NCBI GenBank assembly: GCA_965112735.1
Contig: OZ218950.1
Coordinates: forward strand, 1,240,001-1,304,000
Length of the DNA: 64,000 nt
From: Phaeosaccion multiseriatum
Taxonomy: Eukaryota; Protista; Ochrophyta, other classes
Direction of reading: 5' to 3'
A model generated the notes under the pieces. That model had not been told where the DNA came from, did no database searches, and was given only the letters and a program-made list of their open reading frames with translations. This document shows, piece after piece, positions 23,154 to 38,100 of the stretch; position 1 is the stretch's first letter; each line of letters starts with the position of its first letter. A program made the translations under genes and the position numbers.

Positions 23154-26100
23154 CTGCAGGAGTCACACAGACACAACAGGGTCAGTAACAAGAGCGGGAC
23201 TCAACACGACGAAAGCTTTGGGCTCAAAGTCACTCACCTCGAAGCCGGGCACCTCTGCCCGGATACGCGAAACCGCCTGAGCCGCACTCAACGATGTGCC
23301 TCCCTCTGCGAACAAGTCGTCATTGGCCTGCAAGCGAGGCTGCTCTGTGGCCTGCCTCAGGATGCCCAGCACTTGGCGGGCAGTGTCGCCTAACGCCTCG
23401 TCGCCGTCGGACGACTGTACAGCGGTTTTAATGTTTGCTTCCGCCTTAATCATTCTCAGCACCTCTTTCACGTCTCGCTTCCCGCTGCTCGTCATCGGCA
23501 GAGCATCCACGGCCACAGCCGTGCTCGGCACCATGTATGCCGGTAGCAGCTTGCCCACTCCTTGCAGCACCACCTCAACGTCGGCACTAGGAGGTGTCAG
23601 AGCCGCCACAACCGTCTCACGCTCTCTGTCCACGGCTGCCACAGCGCTCCTCACACCCTCTTGATGGAGCAGCGCAGCCTCCACCTCGCCCAGCTCAATG
23701 CGATAGCCGCGCACCTTCACTTGAGAGTCTCGGCGACCCCTAAACACCAGCGATCCGTCTGCCAGCTGCCGCACCAAGTCACCCTGTCCGAAGGTGTTAA
23801 GTTTGAGACGCGTCAGATCAGAACAGTGCCACAGGGCAGCAGAGAAAACCACCTCGACCCCCCCCCCCCCGTTGCATTCTCTGCTGTTCACTGCATGACA
23901 TGCCAAAAGCAAGCCAAATGTACACACAACACACGCACACACACAAAGCCGCACACCCATGGGCAACCTTTTCCACTTACCGTACGATACACTCTGCGCT
24001 GGTCCGCCAAGAAGGGCGCGGGGATGAAGGCCTTCGACGTGAGCTCTGGGCGCTTCAAGTACCCACGGGCCAGCTGTCTCCCCCCAATGCACAGCTCGCC
24101 CTCCACGCCCTGAGGCACCAGCTGCAGACGCTTATCCACCACATACACTTGCACGCCGGCTCGAGGCTTGCCGATGACGAACCCATTCGACATGGCACCC
24201 GGACTGTACTCATGCGTCGTCACGGCATTCGTTTCGGTTGGGCCGTAGCTATTCACAAGGCGCACATGGTGCCTCCACATGTCCACTTGGCCTTCCTTGA
24301 TCGGCTCCCCAATCAATGCGATGGACCGTAGGGTGGCCTCCTTAGCTCCAGTGGTGATGTCTTGCGGTCGGAGCAGCGACAGCAGTGACGGGGTGCAGTA
24401 CATGTCCGATACCCTCAAAGACCGTATCAGCTCCGGCAGGTCGTTCAGCATGGAGCCCTTCTCTGCCAAGCAAAGCGTCGCCCCACACGACAACGGCCCG
24501 AACAGCGACGCCACAGACACATCAAATGTCAAAGCCGCACTCAGGAGCACACGAGAAGATGCCGTTATCGTCAGCTCCTCTTCGAAGAGAGTCGCCATGA
24601 AGCTGGCCGTGCTTCCATGCTCAATCATCACGCCCTTTGGCCGGCCGGTACTACCGGACGTGTGAATCACGTACGCCATGTTCTCGCCCACCGCGTGGCA
24701 CACAGGCTCCGCGGTACTCTCCATTTGCATCACAGCCACCACGTCCACACAGCTCACGTCTCCGACACGCCGCGCTAAGCTGGCATCGGCGGTTGCCAGC
24801 ACCTCAGACTCGCCTGCTGCCTTTGCCGTCGTCAGAACGACGCTCAGCCCGGCGTCTTGTGCGATCATCGACAGCCTATCGTCGGGATGCTCGGGATCCA
24901 GGGGCACGTACGCCGCCCCGGCCTTGAGCACGCCCAGCACTGCCACAACCGCCTCCACGCAGTCCCCAGCAATCAGCACCCCCACCAGGCACTCCGGCCC
25001 CACGCCCCTCCCCTGCAGCATGCATGCCACCGCATTCGCATGCCCATTCAGCTCCCCGTAGCTCATCACCCGACCCGTCTCATACTCGTGCAGGGCCTCC
25101 TGCTCCGGACTGCGAGAGGCCATCTCTTCGAAAGCCGCGTGCAGGAGGGGCGGTGGTGGCGATGCTTCCTCTGCACCTCCCTCCGTGTCTCCATTGGCAT
25201 CCCCCGCCACCAGTGCAGCGCCGCTCAACGTATCCACCACCTTCACACGGTCCTCGTGTGCCAAGAGACTCAGCTTCCACACGCTCTCGCCCGGCCTGCC
25301 CACTGCACTCTCCAGCAGCGCCAGGAAGCTCCGCCCCAGGGTCTCCACTGTGGCCTGGTCGAGCACCGCCGTATTGTAGCACAGGCTGCCGAGCATATCC
25401 GACGCACTGTCCGTGCTGCGCACAAGGCATAGCTCGATGTCAGCCGTATTCTTCCAAGTATCCACACCCGCCTCCTGCAGTACAAAGAAAGCCTGCAGCG
25501 CATTACCACGACCATCTCTGCCCAGCTGGGCCCGCTCCACCACCTTGTGGAACGGTGCCTCGGCATGCTTCATGGCACCCAGATACGCGACCTGTACGCG
25601 AAGAAGCACCTCCCGAAAGCTGGGGCTTCCTCCCAGGCCCAGACGGAACGCGAGGGTGTTGACGAAGCATCCCATCACGCCCTCCAAGCCTTGCGCCACG
25701 TCTCTTCCGAAGTGCGCAGTGCCCACCACCACGTCCTCCGCTCCGCACACACGAGCCAGCAGCACTTGGAACGCGCCCATGAGCCCCACAAACAGCGTGG
25801 CGGAGCTATCCGCGCACAGTTTACTCAACTTGACCAGCATTCCATTGGGTAGGACCAAGTCCACCCTCCCGCTTCCTCCCACACGGATATCTTCACGCAC
25901 CATTTCTCCACTGAGGCTCATTTGGGCATGTCGCTGACGGAGAGGCAGCTGCAGTGGACTGGTACCAGCCAGTTGACCCTGCCAGTATTCAAGCAGCTCC
26001 TCAATACGGCCTTCGCCGTCCAGCCGAGCTCGTTGCCACCTGGAGTAGTCCGCGAAGCTGAAGGGCAGAGCCGGTAGGTCTTGTGCGATTCCTCTCCCGG

Positions 26101-29100
26101 CCATGGCAGCCGCGCATGTGGCCTTGAACTCGCCCTGGAAGAGCAAGTAGGATGCACCATCAAAGATGCAATGATGGAAAGTAGATACTGCGGCATACTG
26201 CTCCTCTAGTCCGCTCTGCTGCGGGAGGTGTACGACCAACGTACGCCATAGAGGCTGGCTCCGCTCCAAATCGAATGGACGAGCGATATCGGCCTCGATC
26301 AGGCTCCGAGCGGCCCCAACACTGGTGGCCACGGCAGAGGAGAGACCAGCTGACACCACCGCGGCTGCCGTAGTTCCAAGCTGTAGCTGCCTCAGAGAGC
26401 CCTGCTTTGTCCACTCAAGCGACGTCCGGAGCACATCATGTCGCTCCACTATGCTGCCTAACACTTGTGCTATCATGTCCACAATTTCAGCGGATGTTCG
26501 TCCGGAGATCAGCGAGACTGGCAGCGGCAGCACAAGTGGGAGATTGTACGCGCTCTGCCCGCCAGGGGAAGTCGTCCGCAGTGCTATGTCTGAAAAGTAC
26601 ATGTGTTCCTGCTGGTAAGCCGCGGGGGCGTCAGCATCCAAGGAGAAGTAGTACGAAAGACCTGTTGCTTGATCATCAGGCTCACTCAGATGCCCCGAGT
26701 CCGCTCCCAGCACTTCCTCTTGGATCCATGCAGCCATTGCAGACACCGATGGATACGTAAACAAGGCGCCGCTCGACATGGTGACACCACACCAGGCCTC
26801 GACTCGCTTGCCAAACTCCACGGAACCCATCGAATCGAGCCCGGCTTCCATCAAGGGCATCGTTGCTGTAATGGTCACGTCATCGCCAACACACTCGACT
26901 GCCATACCCGTCAGGACATGCTCGATCCTCTCCCGCCGTGCTGACTCCGACAAGTGCAGGAGCTCCTCCCGCACCTCGGCATTAACCTTTGCCGCCTCAC
27001 CACTTTCTCCGCGGTCCGTCAACTGCCCGAGAAAATCGCTGTGCACAGGGGCCAAGCTCGCTCGGAATCTGGACCACCTCATGGCCGGCATGACGGCCAC
27101 CTCCTGCACGTTGGCTTGCGATTGACTTGCAAGGACGGCATCCAGAGTCTTCATACCTAGCGCCGATGAGATCAGGCCCACTCCGGCCATCTCCGCAGCT
27201 TTGGACACCATTTCAAGCCGCACCGCCATACCCACGTCGCCCCATGGGCCCCACTGAATGTTGGAAGCAGGAAGGCCAAGCTGGCGTCGGCGGTACCGCA
27301 TCAGCCCGTCCAAAGCAGCATTGGCCCCGGCATAGGCGCTCTGATTGGACAAGCCAAGCAAAGCGGAGGTCGATGAGTACGAGGCGAAGAAGTCGATCTC
27401 CTCCCTGCCGCTCGCCGCCCACTCAAGGCACAGCGCGTGGAGATTCCAACCTCCCTGTATCTTGGCGGCAAAGACGTTTCGCACGTTCTCTTCCTTCTCG
27501 CCCGACAACATTCCCTTTGTGCCATTCACCTCCGCTGCGTGGATCACACCCCGAATATGAGGCAGGCCCACCAAAGCATTCGCTACAGCATCTCGAAGCT
27601 GGCACATGTCAGACACATCGCAGGCCACGGCCACAGCGGTGACACTCTCCATGCTCTGCAGGGCCTGCCACAGCTCTGAAACTTCCTCCGCCACCCGGCC
27701 GCTTTGAGAAAGGAGGAGCAGGTGTCGAGCACCCTGGGAGACCAAGTGATTCGCCGTCGCCAGCCCCAGCCCCCCCAGACCACCGCTGATCAGGTAGGTC
27801 CCATCCTCCCTGCACGTGAAGCGATCGACTCCTGCCGGCGTCAGATGGAGTGTGCTGGGCACCAGCCTCGGAGCGAGGATCCCACACCCTCGAACCAGCA
27901 GGTCCACGCCTCGGCCGCCGTCGCGGGCTCCTGCAGCCAGCGTCACAGCCTGGGAGATAGCTTGGGCTTCCATCTTCTCTACTCTAGGTCGTGCATCCTC
28001 AAACTGTGGATACATGGCATACTCAAGGTCGATGTGGTTCACATCGAGGTCGCCCCGCTCCAGGCGTACGCTTCTCACCAGTCCCACTGCCCAGCTGTCC
28101 TGCCAACCAGCACCGCTGTACACTCCCGTTGTCACCACCGTGATCGGCATCACTGCCGCGTCCCCGTCTAAGCTCTGTACAGTTTGCACAAAGTGGATTG
28201 CCCCATCGGTAGCAGAGCCCGTTGCTGACGTCAAGTAGAAGAGATGGGCCCCACGTGGCTGCGCGTCCGAGCCGAGCGCCTCCACCATGTGCACCTCTAC
28301 ACCAATTGCTGCCGCCGTGCTTTGGATAGCTTCCAAGGCTCTGTGGTTGTTCGATGCGTGCTGCTCTTCAGCTGCCTGGGGAATCACGACGAGCCACGGA
28401 AGGTGGCCGGTCAGCGAAGCCGGCTGCGAAGCCGTGGGCACCTCCACCGCCTCCCACTCAACAACATAGAGCGGGCCCTGCTCAGCTTCACTCCGCGGCT
28501 GACGTGCTGCTGTGGCTCGCGCTGTGTACCAAGGAAAGGCTTTGCGCGTTGGGAACAGGATATGCTCCTTGCCCTTACTCTCTGGCTGCTGCACTGTGCT
28601 TAGAGCTGCTCGAAACGAATCCTCAGAGTTCTGCCCTCGTGTGAGGGAGGAGATCCACGCCAACCCCTCGCGACGCTCGCACTTGGCTCCCATGCTGCTC
28701 AGCACAGGGTTGGGGCCCACCTCAACGATGCTCAGGTCAGCCCCCCTCCCGTCTCCCATCCAGTGCTCCACCACCGTGTGGATGCCTTCTGCGAACAGCA
28801 CTGGCGACAGCATGTGCTGCACCCAATACGTCGCCTGCGTCACCTCCTCCCCTCTCACCACCTCACCCGTCACGTTGGACACCAGGGGAATGCGTGGGGC
28901 GCTGAATGACACCTGCCTCAGAACCTCCTCCAGCGCACGTACAGCGGGCTCCATCAGAGGAGAGTGGAAGGCGTGCGATACCTCCAGGGCCTTGCAGCCC
29001 ACCCCATCTGCCGTCAGCCTCTCCACCACCTTGTCCACACCGCTGCGCGCTCCAGAGATCACGCTCGCGCTCGGTCCATTCGACGACGCCAGCACCACCT

Positions 29101-32100
29101 CGCCTGCCCCCCCCGCAGCGTCGATGCTTGCCAAAGTCGCCTCTTTGCCTGCCGTCACTGCGAACATCACTCCCTTGCCCTCGGGGCAGGCCTGCATGGC
29201 GGCTCCTCTCTTGGCGGACAGCATCAGTCCATCCTCCAGCGACATGACGCCGGCCACGCACGCCGCCACCACCTCGCCCAGGCTGTGGCCCATCACCATG
29301 GACGGCTCCACGCCCTCCGACTTCCAAAGCTCACACAGGGCGTACTCCAGCACAAACAGGCACGGCTGGCAGTAGCGTGTCTCCTTCAGCAGAGCTTGTG
29401 CAGTCTCCTTCTCCTTCCCCTCCTCCTCCTCCTCCTCCTCCTCCTCCCCGTCCTCAGCGACCGCCGGGTACATGAGCTCCACCACAGACTTGTCCAGCCA
29501 AGCCCGCTCCATGAGCAACCTGCTGCACCGCTGTATGCACTCGCGGAACACGCCCTCTTCCTCGTACAGCTCTCTGCCCATGCCCACGTATTGCGAACCC
29601 TGTCCAGTGAACACAAACGCCACCGGTGCACGCTTCTTGCTTTGCTGTCCATCCAGCTGCAGCAAGGCTTCGCCCCTCTCAACCAACGTTGGTCCGAAGC
29701 TGCTGAGCACTGCGTGGGCATTCGTGCCTCCAAATCCGAAGGAGCTCACCCCCACCACCACAGATCCATCGGAGTTGGTGGGTAAAGGGGTCATGGAAGA
29801 TGGGAACAGGACTGCAAGTCCCTCCATGTCGAGCTCTGGATTTTGCTCGATGAAGTGAAGATTGGGTGGAGCGGTCTTGTGCTGCGCCATCAGCACTGCT
29901 TTGATGAATCCGGCAATCCCTGCTGCACCCTCCAAGTGCCCAATGTTTGTCTTGAGCGCCCCCACGATCAAAGGCTTCGCTTCATCGCGGTCGTGGGCGA
30001 ACACTCCTCTCAGAGCGCTCATCTCGATGGGGTCGCCGAGAGACGTGCCCGTGCCGTGCGCCTCCACGAAACTGACGTCGTTCGGACACAGCCCAGCGTC
30101 GATCAAGGCGTCTGCGATGAGCTGCTTTTGAGCGCCAGGGTTTGGAGCCGTCATCCGCGCGGTGGGCCCATTATGGTTCACAGCCGAGCCTCGCAAGACA
30201 GCCAGCACCTCGTCGTCGTTGGCAAGGGCGTCGTCTAGGCGCTTCACCACGATTGCTCCGCACCCCTCGCCTCTGACGTAGCCGTTGGCGGACTTGTCAA
30301 ATGTTTTACAGTGCCTTGAGAGTGAGGACGGAAGAGGGAAACAGGGGAGATTTAGCTAAGAAGGCGGGAGGAGAAGGGGCGATCTAAGGTTCTCACTCTA
30401 CCTCCCTGAACGAAACAGTGGTGCGTAACCAGGTGCCTGCCGACTATAATACTAGCTTCCACCTGCCGGGGTATCATACTCATTCACTCTCTCCCTCCCT
30501 TCCTCCCTCCCTCCCTCCCTCCCTCCCTCCCTCCCTCCCTCCCTCCCTCCCTCCCTCCCTCCCTCTCTCACCCCCTCCCTCCCTCCTTCCCTCCCTTCCC
30601 TCCTTCCTTCCTCCCTACTCTCCCCCCAACGCACACTCACGCACTCACCCATCTGGCGAGAGAAACCCTCCTGAGGAAAGGACCTTGAAGGGCGCCTCGC
30701 TGAGTAGCAGGTTCACTCCTCCGACGACAGCTGTGTCACACTTGCCCAATCGCAGGCTGCTGCAGGCGTTGTCCAGGGCGACCAAGGAAGAGGAGCACGC
30801 CGTGTCTACCGTTGAGCTCGGCCCCTTCAACCCCAGCGCGTAGGAAACTCGGTTGGCCAAATTCGACATGGAGGCTCCTGACGCCACGTACACGCTCTCG
30901 CTTGCCTCGCCAGCTCCTTGGCTTGCTTTGACCTGCAGCCAATCGCTTCCAGCGCAGCCAACAAAGACCCCTGTCTCGCTCTTGCGGAGACTGCGCTTGT
31001 CATAGCCTGCCCTGTGCAGCGCCTCGAAGGCCACCTCCAGCAGCACGCGCTGATTGGGGTCCATGCTTTCCACTTCCGCTGACGAAATGCCGAAGAAGGC
31101 GTTGTCGAAGAGGTGGACGCCCTCTATGAAGCCTCCTCGCCACTCCTTAGAGCCGCTTCCCCACCGGTCTGCTGGAGCTGTAGAGATGCAGTCCGATCCC
31201 GTGCAAAGCATGCTCCAGAAACCTTGGGGCGAAGTCACTCCTCCTGGAAAGCGGCACGCCATGCCCACCACCGCCAGCGGAGCTCGCACGCCTTGAGGCG
31301 AAGCCGAGGTGGGGCGCAAACCTCGCATTGGGTCTGTGACAGCCCTTCCCATTACCTCGCCATCAAGCCAGCCCACAAGCTCCGCCAAGCTGGGGTACTC
31401 AAAGAGCACATCGACGGTGGCTGTAACCCCAAAGTCCGTGTGAAGGCGATTCCGCACCTCCACGAGGGCCATCGAATCCAGGCCTGCCTCCATCAAGGGC
31501 ACATTGTCGTCCAGCGGGGGCATGTCTGCATCAACACACTTCAGCACGGTCGCCTTGAGCGCTTCCAGGAGAGCAGCGCGCCGATCCTCTGGGGAGAGAG
31601 CAGAGAGAGTCTCGCGCAGCTGTGAGAGGGCGTCTCCAGCTGGGGGAGGAGCAGATACAGGACCCTCGAAATCATGCGCTGGTGTTGCCCTCTTCGGGAG
31701 GGGAAACTCTCGCGACGAGGGGAACCCCTGCCATGGGGTGCCCACTCTCTCTGCTGCGCCTTTGGGCCTCATGCCGCCGTAGCTGCCCAAGATGACGTGG
31801 GCGTTGAAACCGCCAGCAGCGTAGGAATTCACTCCTGCGAGCAGCGTCGAGCCGTCGGAGCAGTAGGAAGAGAGGGGCGTCCTTCGGGTGGGCAGCGTGA
31901 CGGGCACGCCCTCCAGCTTCAGGTTGGGGTTGACCTCCTTGAGGTGAAGGTTGGCTGGGGCCTCTCGGTGCTGTACTACCAAGATGGCCTTGATGAGCTG
32001 AGCCATCCCTGACGCCCCTTCCATGTGGCCTAGAGTAGTCTTTACAGTGCCCACTACAAGGGGGGAGGCATCAGGCCTGTTGGGGGTGAACGCTGCCTTG

Positions 32101-35100
32101 AGTGCGCCTAATGAGTACCACGCGACGTGCGTGCGTGCGTGCGTGCGTGCGTGAGAGGGGGAGAGAGGGAGGGAGGGAGAGAGGAAGGGAGAGGGGGGGT
32201 AGGAGGGTGGGAGGGAGGGAGGGTAGGGGGGAGTGAGGGAGTGAGGGAGGGAGGGAGGGAGGGGGGAGGGATGGAGGGATGGAGGGAGGGAGGGAGGGGG
32301 GGGGGGAGGGAGGGAGGGAAGGAGGGAGGGAGGGAGGGAGGGAGGGAGGGAGGGAGGGAGGGAGGGAGGGAGGGAGGGAGGGAGGGAGGGAGGGAGGGAG
32401 GGAGGGAGGGAGGGAGGGAGGGAGGGAGGGAGGGAGGAGGGAGGGAGGGAGGGAGGGAGGGAGGGGGAGGGAGGGAGGAAAGGATGGAAGGAGGAGGGAT
32501 GAAGGGAGGAAAGGAGGGAGGGAGGGACGAGTGGAGGGCACGAATACGCTTTATTATGTCTCATCACATCATCATTTTTCTAGCTGAGACGTAAGAGAGA
32601 CATCACAATGATGGTCCAACACGAATCCCCACCTTTAACCCCCTTTGCTTCCTTCAACGTACCCAGCTCGATGGCGTCGCCCATGACCGTTCCCGTGGCG
32701 TGAGCCTCAACGTAGCCCACTTCTCTCCCCTCGCACGCTGCCTGCCGCAGGGCGCTCCTCGCCAAGCTCTCTTGGGCGGCTCCCTTCGCGGCAGACAGAG
32801 AACTGCTGACGCCGCTGTGGCTGACAGCCGCTGCCTTGATGACGGCAAGGATATTGTCTCCGTCCTTGATGGCGTCCGGCAGGTACTTCAGCACGACGGC
32901 CCCGCTGCCCTCACTGCGCACGTAGCCGTCCCCGGCGGCGTCAAAGGATTTGCAGTACCTGGAGCAGGAGACGGGACACAGAAAGTAGAGTGGGGGGGGG
33001 GTGGATCAGTGTCCAAGCAAGGGACCAGAGAGAAGAGAAAGGGTGCTTTGGAAGGAAGAATATAGATGCAGCAACAGCTGCAGGAGCAAACTCACCCTTC
33101 CTTCGACAGAAGTCCTGCACTGGCCAGGGCGCCAAAGCCTTGGTCGTGGAGCAGCAGGTTGACCCCGCCAACGACGGCAGAGCTGCACTGCCTCAGTTTC
33201 AGACTGTTGCACGCGTTGCTAAGGGCCACTAGGGCCGACGAACATGCTGCGTCTATGCTTTCGCATGGACCTACAAGGCCGAGTGTGTGCGAAATGCGGC
33301 CAGCGAAACATGCTCTGCTTGCCCCTACCGACGTGTAGGCGCTGAGAGAAACACCATCAGCGCTCTCACGCAGCAAAGCGGGCCAGTCACTCCCTGCAGC
33401 GCCCACAAACACGCCAACTCGGTGACCTTCAAGCCTGCGTCGGCCCTCGTAGCCGGCTCTGTGCAGAGCCTCGTACGCCACTTCGAGCATGATGCGCTGG
33501 TTGGGATCTTGGGCCTCCGCCTCGGCGGTGGACATGCCGAAGAATGCGTTGTCGAACACTTCAACACTGTCGATGAAGCCACCTGCTCGCATGACGGGGA
33601 GAGGAGGAGCGTTCAAAATGGGGTGAGTGGGGCACAGAGACGGGCAAAGAAGCGCCCAGCAGCAAAGCTGTTCATGCCCTTCAAGACTAACATTTGCAAG
33701 CCTCGTGGACACAGGGTAAAAACGCACCTCTCACTCCTGTTCCCAAGCCTCGCTCAAGGGGTGCATCGGTGACGCAGTCCTCTTTATTGCACAGCTTCGC
33801 CCAGAGCTCTTCCGGGCTGTTGCAGCCACCGGGGAACCGACAGGCCATCCCAATGACTGCAATATGGCCGCTGCTGCCGTCATAAGAAGGTACCCCAGGA
33901 ATGGAGCGAGGCAGTCCGTCAATGCCAGGAAGCGTGTCCTCCCTGCTCGCACACAAGCGAGACACACCCCTCGCGGTGGGCGTGTGGAACATCTCTGCCA
34001 CCTGGAGCGCCTAAGTACAGCAACGAGTAAAGAGATCCGACGGTCAACGACTACATTAGCAAACCATTTGGAACCACCGGCCACACCAGAAAGACAGCCC
34101 TCCGTCCCACTCACCTCGAAGCCTGGCACCTCTACGCGGATGCGCGCTGTGACACTTACAGCGTCAAGCGAAGTGCCTCCCTCGGCGAACAAGTCGTCGC
34201 TGGCTCGCAGACCCGGCCGCCCAATGGCCTCTCGCATAATGCCGAGCACTTGACGGGTGGTGCCGTCCATAGGTGCGTCATCGCTGACGCTTAGGCTCCG
34301 TTGCTGGCCAGGGCCATGGTGACGTGCAGCTCGAATGGCTCTGAGAACCTCTTTCACGTCTCGCTTCCCGCTGCTCGTCATCGGTAGAGCATCCATAGCC
34401 ACAGCCGTGCTCGGCACCATGTATGCCGGTAGCAGCTTGCTCACTCCTTGCAGAACCATCTCAACGTCGGCACTAGGAGGTGTCAGAGCCGCCACAACCG
34501 TCTCGCGCTCGCTGTCCACGGCTGCCACAGCACTCCTCACACCCTCTTGATGGAGCAGCGCAGCCTCCACCTCGCCCAGCTCAATGCGATAGCCGCGCAC
34601 CTTCACTTGAGAGTCTCGGCGACCCCTAAACACCAGCGATCCGTCTGCCAGCTGCCGCACCAAGTCACCCTGTCCGAAGGTGTTAAGTTTGAGACGCGTC
34701 AGATCAGAACAGTGCCACAGGGCAGCAGAGAAAACCACCTCGACCCCCCCCCCCCCGTTGCATTCTCTGCTGTTCACTGCATGACATGCCAAAAGCAAGC
34801 CAAATGTACACACAACACACGCACACACACAAAGCCGCACACCCATGGGCAACCTTTTCCACTTACCGTACGATACACTCTGCGCTGGTCCCCCAAGAAG
34901 GGTGCGGGGATGAAGGCCTTTGACGTGAGCTCTGGGCGCTTCAAGTACCCACGGGCCAGCTGTCTACCCCCAATGCACAGCTCGCCCTCCACGCCCTGAG
35001 GCACCAGCTGCAGACGCTTGTCCACCACATACACTTGCACGCCGGCTCGAGGCTTACCGATGACGAACCCACTCGACGTGGCACCCGGACTGTACGCATG

Positions 35101-38100
35101 TGTGGTCGCGAAAACCGTCGCCTCTGTTGGGCCGTAGCTATTCACAAGGCGCACATGGTGCCGCCACATGTCCACTTGGCCTTCCTTGATCGGCTCCCCA
35201 GCCAATGCGATGGACCGTAGGGTGGCCTCCTTAGCTCCAGTGGTGATGTCTTGCGGTCGAAGCAGCGACAGCAGTGACGGGGTGCAGTACATGTCTGTTA
35301 CCCTCAAAGACCGTATCAGCTCCGGCAGGTCGTTCAGCATGGAGCCCTTCTCTGCCAAGCAAAGCGTCGCCCCACACGACAACGGCCCGAACAGCGACGC
35401 CACAGACACATCAAACGTCAAAGCAGCACTCAGGAGCACACGAGAAGATGCCGTTATCGTCAGCTCCTCTTCGAAGAGAGTCGCCATGAAGCTGGCCGTG
35501 CTTCCATGCTCAATCATCACGCCCTTTGGCCGGCCGGTACTACCGGACGTGTGAATCACATACGCCATGTTCTCGCCCACCGCGTGGCACACAGGCTCCG
35601 CGGTACTCTCCACTTGCATCACAGCCACCACGTCCACACAGCTCACGTCTCCGACACGCCGCGCTAAGCTGGCATCGGCGGTTGCCAGCACCTCAGACTC
35701 GCCTGCTGCCTTTGCCGTCGTCAGAACGACGCTCAGCCCGGCGTCTTGTGCGATCATCGACAGCCTATCGTCGGGATGCTCGGGGTCCAGAGGCACGTAC
35801 GCCGCCCCGGCCTTGAGCACGCCCAGCACTGCCACAACCGCCTCCACGCAGTCCCCAGCAATCAGCACCCCCACCAGGCACTCCGGCCCCACGCCCCTCC
35901 CCTGCAGCATGCATGCCACCGCATTCGCATGCCCATTCAGCTCCCCGTAGCTCATCACCCGACCCGTCTCATGCTCGTGCAGGGCCTCCTGCTCCGGACT
36001 GCGACAGGCCATCTCTTCGAAAGCCGCGTGCAGGAGGGGCGGTGGTGGCGATGCTTCCTCTGCACCTCCCTCCGTGTCTCCATTGGCATCCCCCGCCACC
36101 AGTGCAGCGCCGCTCAACGTATCCACCACCTTCACACGGTCCTCGTGTGCCAAGAGATTCAGCTTCCACACGCTCTCGCCCGGCCTGCCCACTGCACTCT
36201 CCAGCAGCGCCAGGAAGCTCCGCCCCAGGGTCTCCACTGTGGCCTGGTCGAGCACCGCCGTATTGTAGCACAGGCTGCCGAGCATATCCGACGCACTGTC
36301 CGTGCTGCGCACAAGGCATAGCTCGATGTCAGCCGTATTCTTCCAAGTATCCACACCCGCCTCCTGCAGTACAAAGAAAGCCTGCAGCGCATTACCACGA
36401 CCATCTCTGCCCAGCTGGGCCCGCTCCACCACCTTGTGGAACGGTGCCTCGGCATGCTTCATGGCACCCAGATACGCGACCTGTACGCGAAGAAGCACCT
36501 CCCGAAAGCTGGGGCTTCCTCCCAGGCCCAGACGGAACGCGAGGGTGTTGACGAAGCATCCCATCACGCCCTCCAAGCCTTGCGCCACGTCTCTTCCGAA
36601 GTGCGCAGTGCCCACCACCACGTCCTCCGCTCCGCACACACGAGCCAGCAGCACTTGGAACGCGCCCATGAGCCCCACAAACAGCGTGGCGGAGCTATCC
36701 GCGCACAGTTTACTCAACTTGACCAGCATTCCATTGGGTAGGACCAAGTCCACCCTCCCGCTTCCTCCCACACGGATATCTTCACGCACCATTTCTCCAC
36801 TGAGGCTCATTTGGGCATGTCGCTGACGGAGAGGCAGCTGCAGTGGACTGGTACCAGCCAGTTGACCCTGCCAGTATTCAAGCAGCTCCTCAATACGGCC
36901 TTCGCCGTCCAGCCGAGCTCGTTGCCACCTGGAGTAGTCCGCGAAGCTGAAGGGCAGAGCCGGTAGGTCTTGTGCGATTCCTCTCCCGGCCATGGCAGCC
37001 GCGCATGTGGCCTTGAACTCGCCCTGGAAGAGCAAGTAGGATGCACCATCAAAGATGCAATGATGGAAAGTAGATACTGCGGCATACTGCTCCTCTAGTC
37101 CGCTCTGCTGCGGGAGGTGTACGACCAACGTACGCCATAGAGGCTGGCTCCGCTCCAAATCGAATGGACGAGCGATATCGGCCTCGATCAGGCTCCGAGC
37201 GGCCCCAACACTGGTGGCCACGGCAGAGGAGAGACCAGCTGACACCACCGCGGCTGCCGTAGTTCCAAGCTGTACCTGCCTCAGAGAGCCCTGCTTTGTC
37301 CACTCAAGCGACGTCCGGAGCACGTCATGTCGCTCCACTATGCTGCCTAACACTTGGGCTATCATGTCCACAATTTCAGCGGATGTTCGTCCGGAGATCA
37401 GCGAGACTGGCAGCGGCAGCACAAGTGGGAGATTGTACGCGCTCTGCCCGCCAGGGGCAGTCGTCCGCAGTGCTATGTCTGAAAAGTACATGTGTTCCTG
37501 CTGGTAAGCCGCGGGGGCGTCAGCATCCAAGGAGTAGTAGTGCGAAAGACCTGTTGCTTGATCATCAGGCTCACTCAGATGCCCCGAGTCCGCTCCCAGC
37601 ACTTCCTCTTGGATCCATGCAGCCATTGCAGACACCGATGGATACGTAAACAAGGCGCCGCTCGACATGGTGACACCACACCAGGCCTCGACTCGCTTGC
37701 CAAACTCCACGGAACCCATCGAATCGAGCCCGGCTTCCATCAAGGGCATCGTTGCTGTAATGGTCACGTCATCGCCAACACACTCGACTGCCATACCCGT
37801 CAGGACATGCTCGATCCTCTCCCGCCGTGCTGACTCCGGCAAGTGCAGGAGCTCCTCCCGCACCTCGGCATTAACCTTTGCCGCCTCACCACTTTCTCCG
37901 CGGTCCGTCAACTGCCCGAGAAAATCGCTGTGCACAGGGGCCAAGCTCGCTCGGAATCTGGACCACCTCATGGCCGGCATGACGGCCACCTCCTGCACGT
38001 TGGCTTGCGATTGACTTGCAAGGACGGCATCCAGAGTCTTCATACCTAGCGCCGATGAGATCAGGCCCACTCCGGCCATCTCCGCAGCTTTGGACACCAT

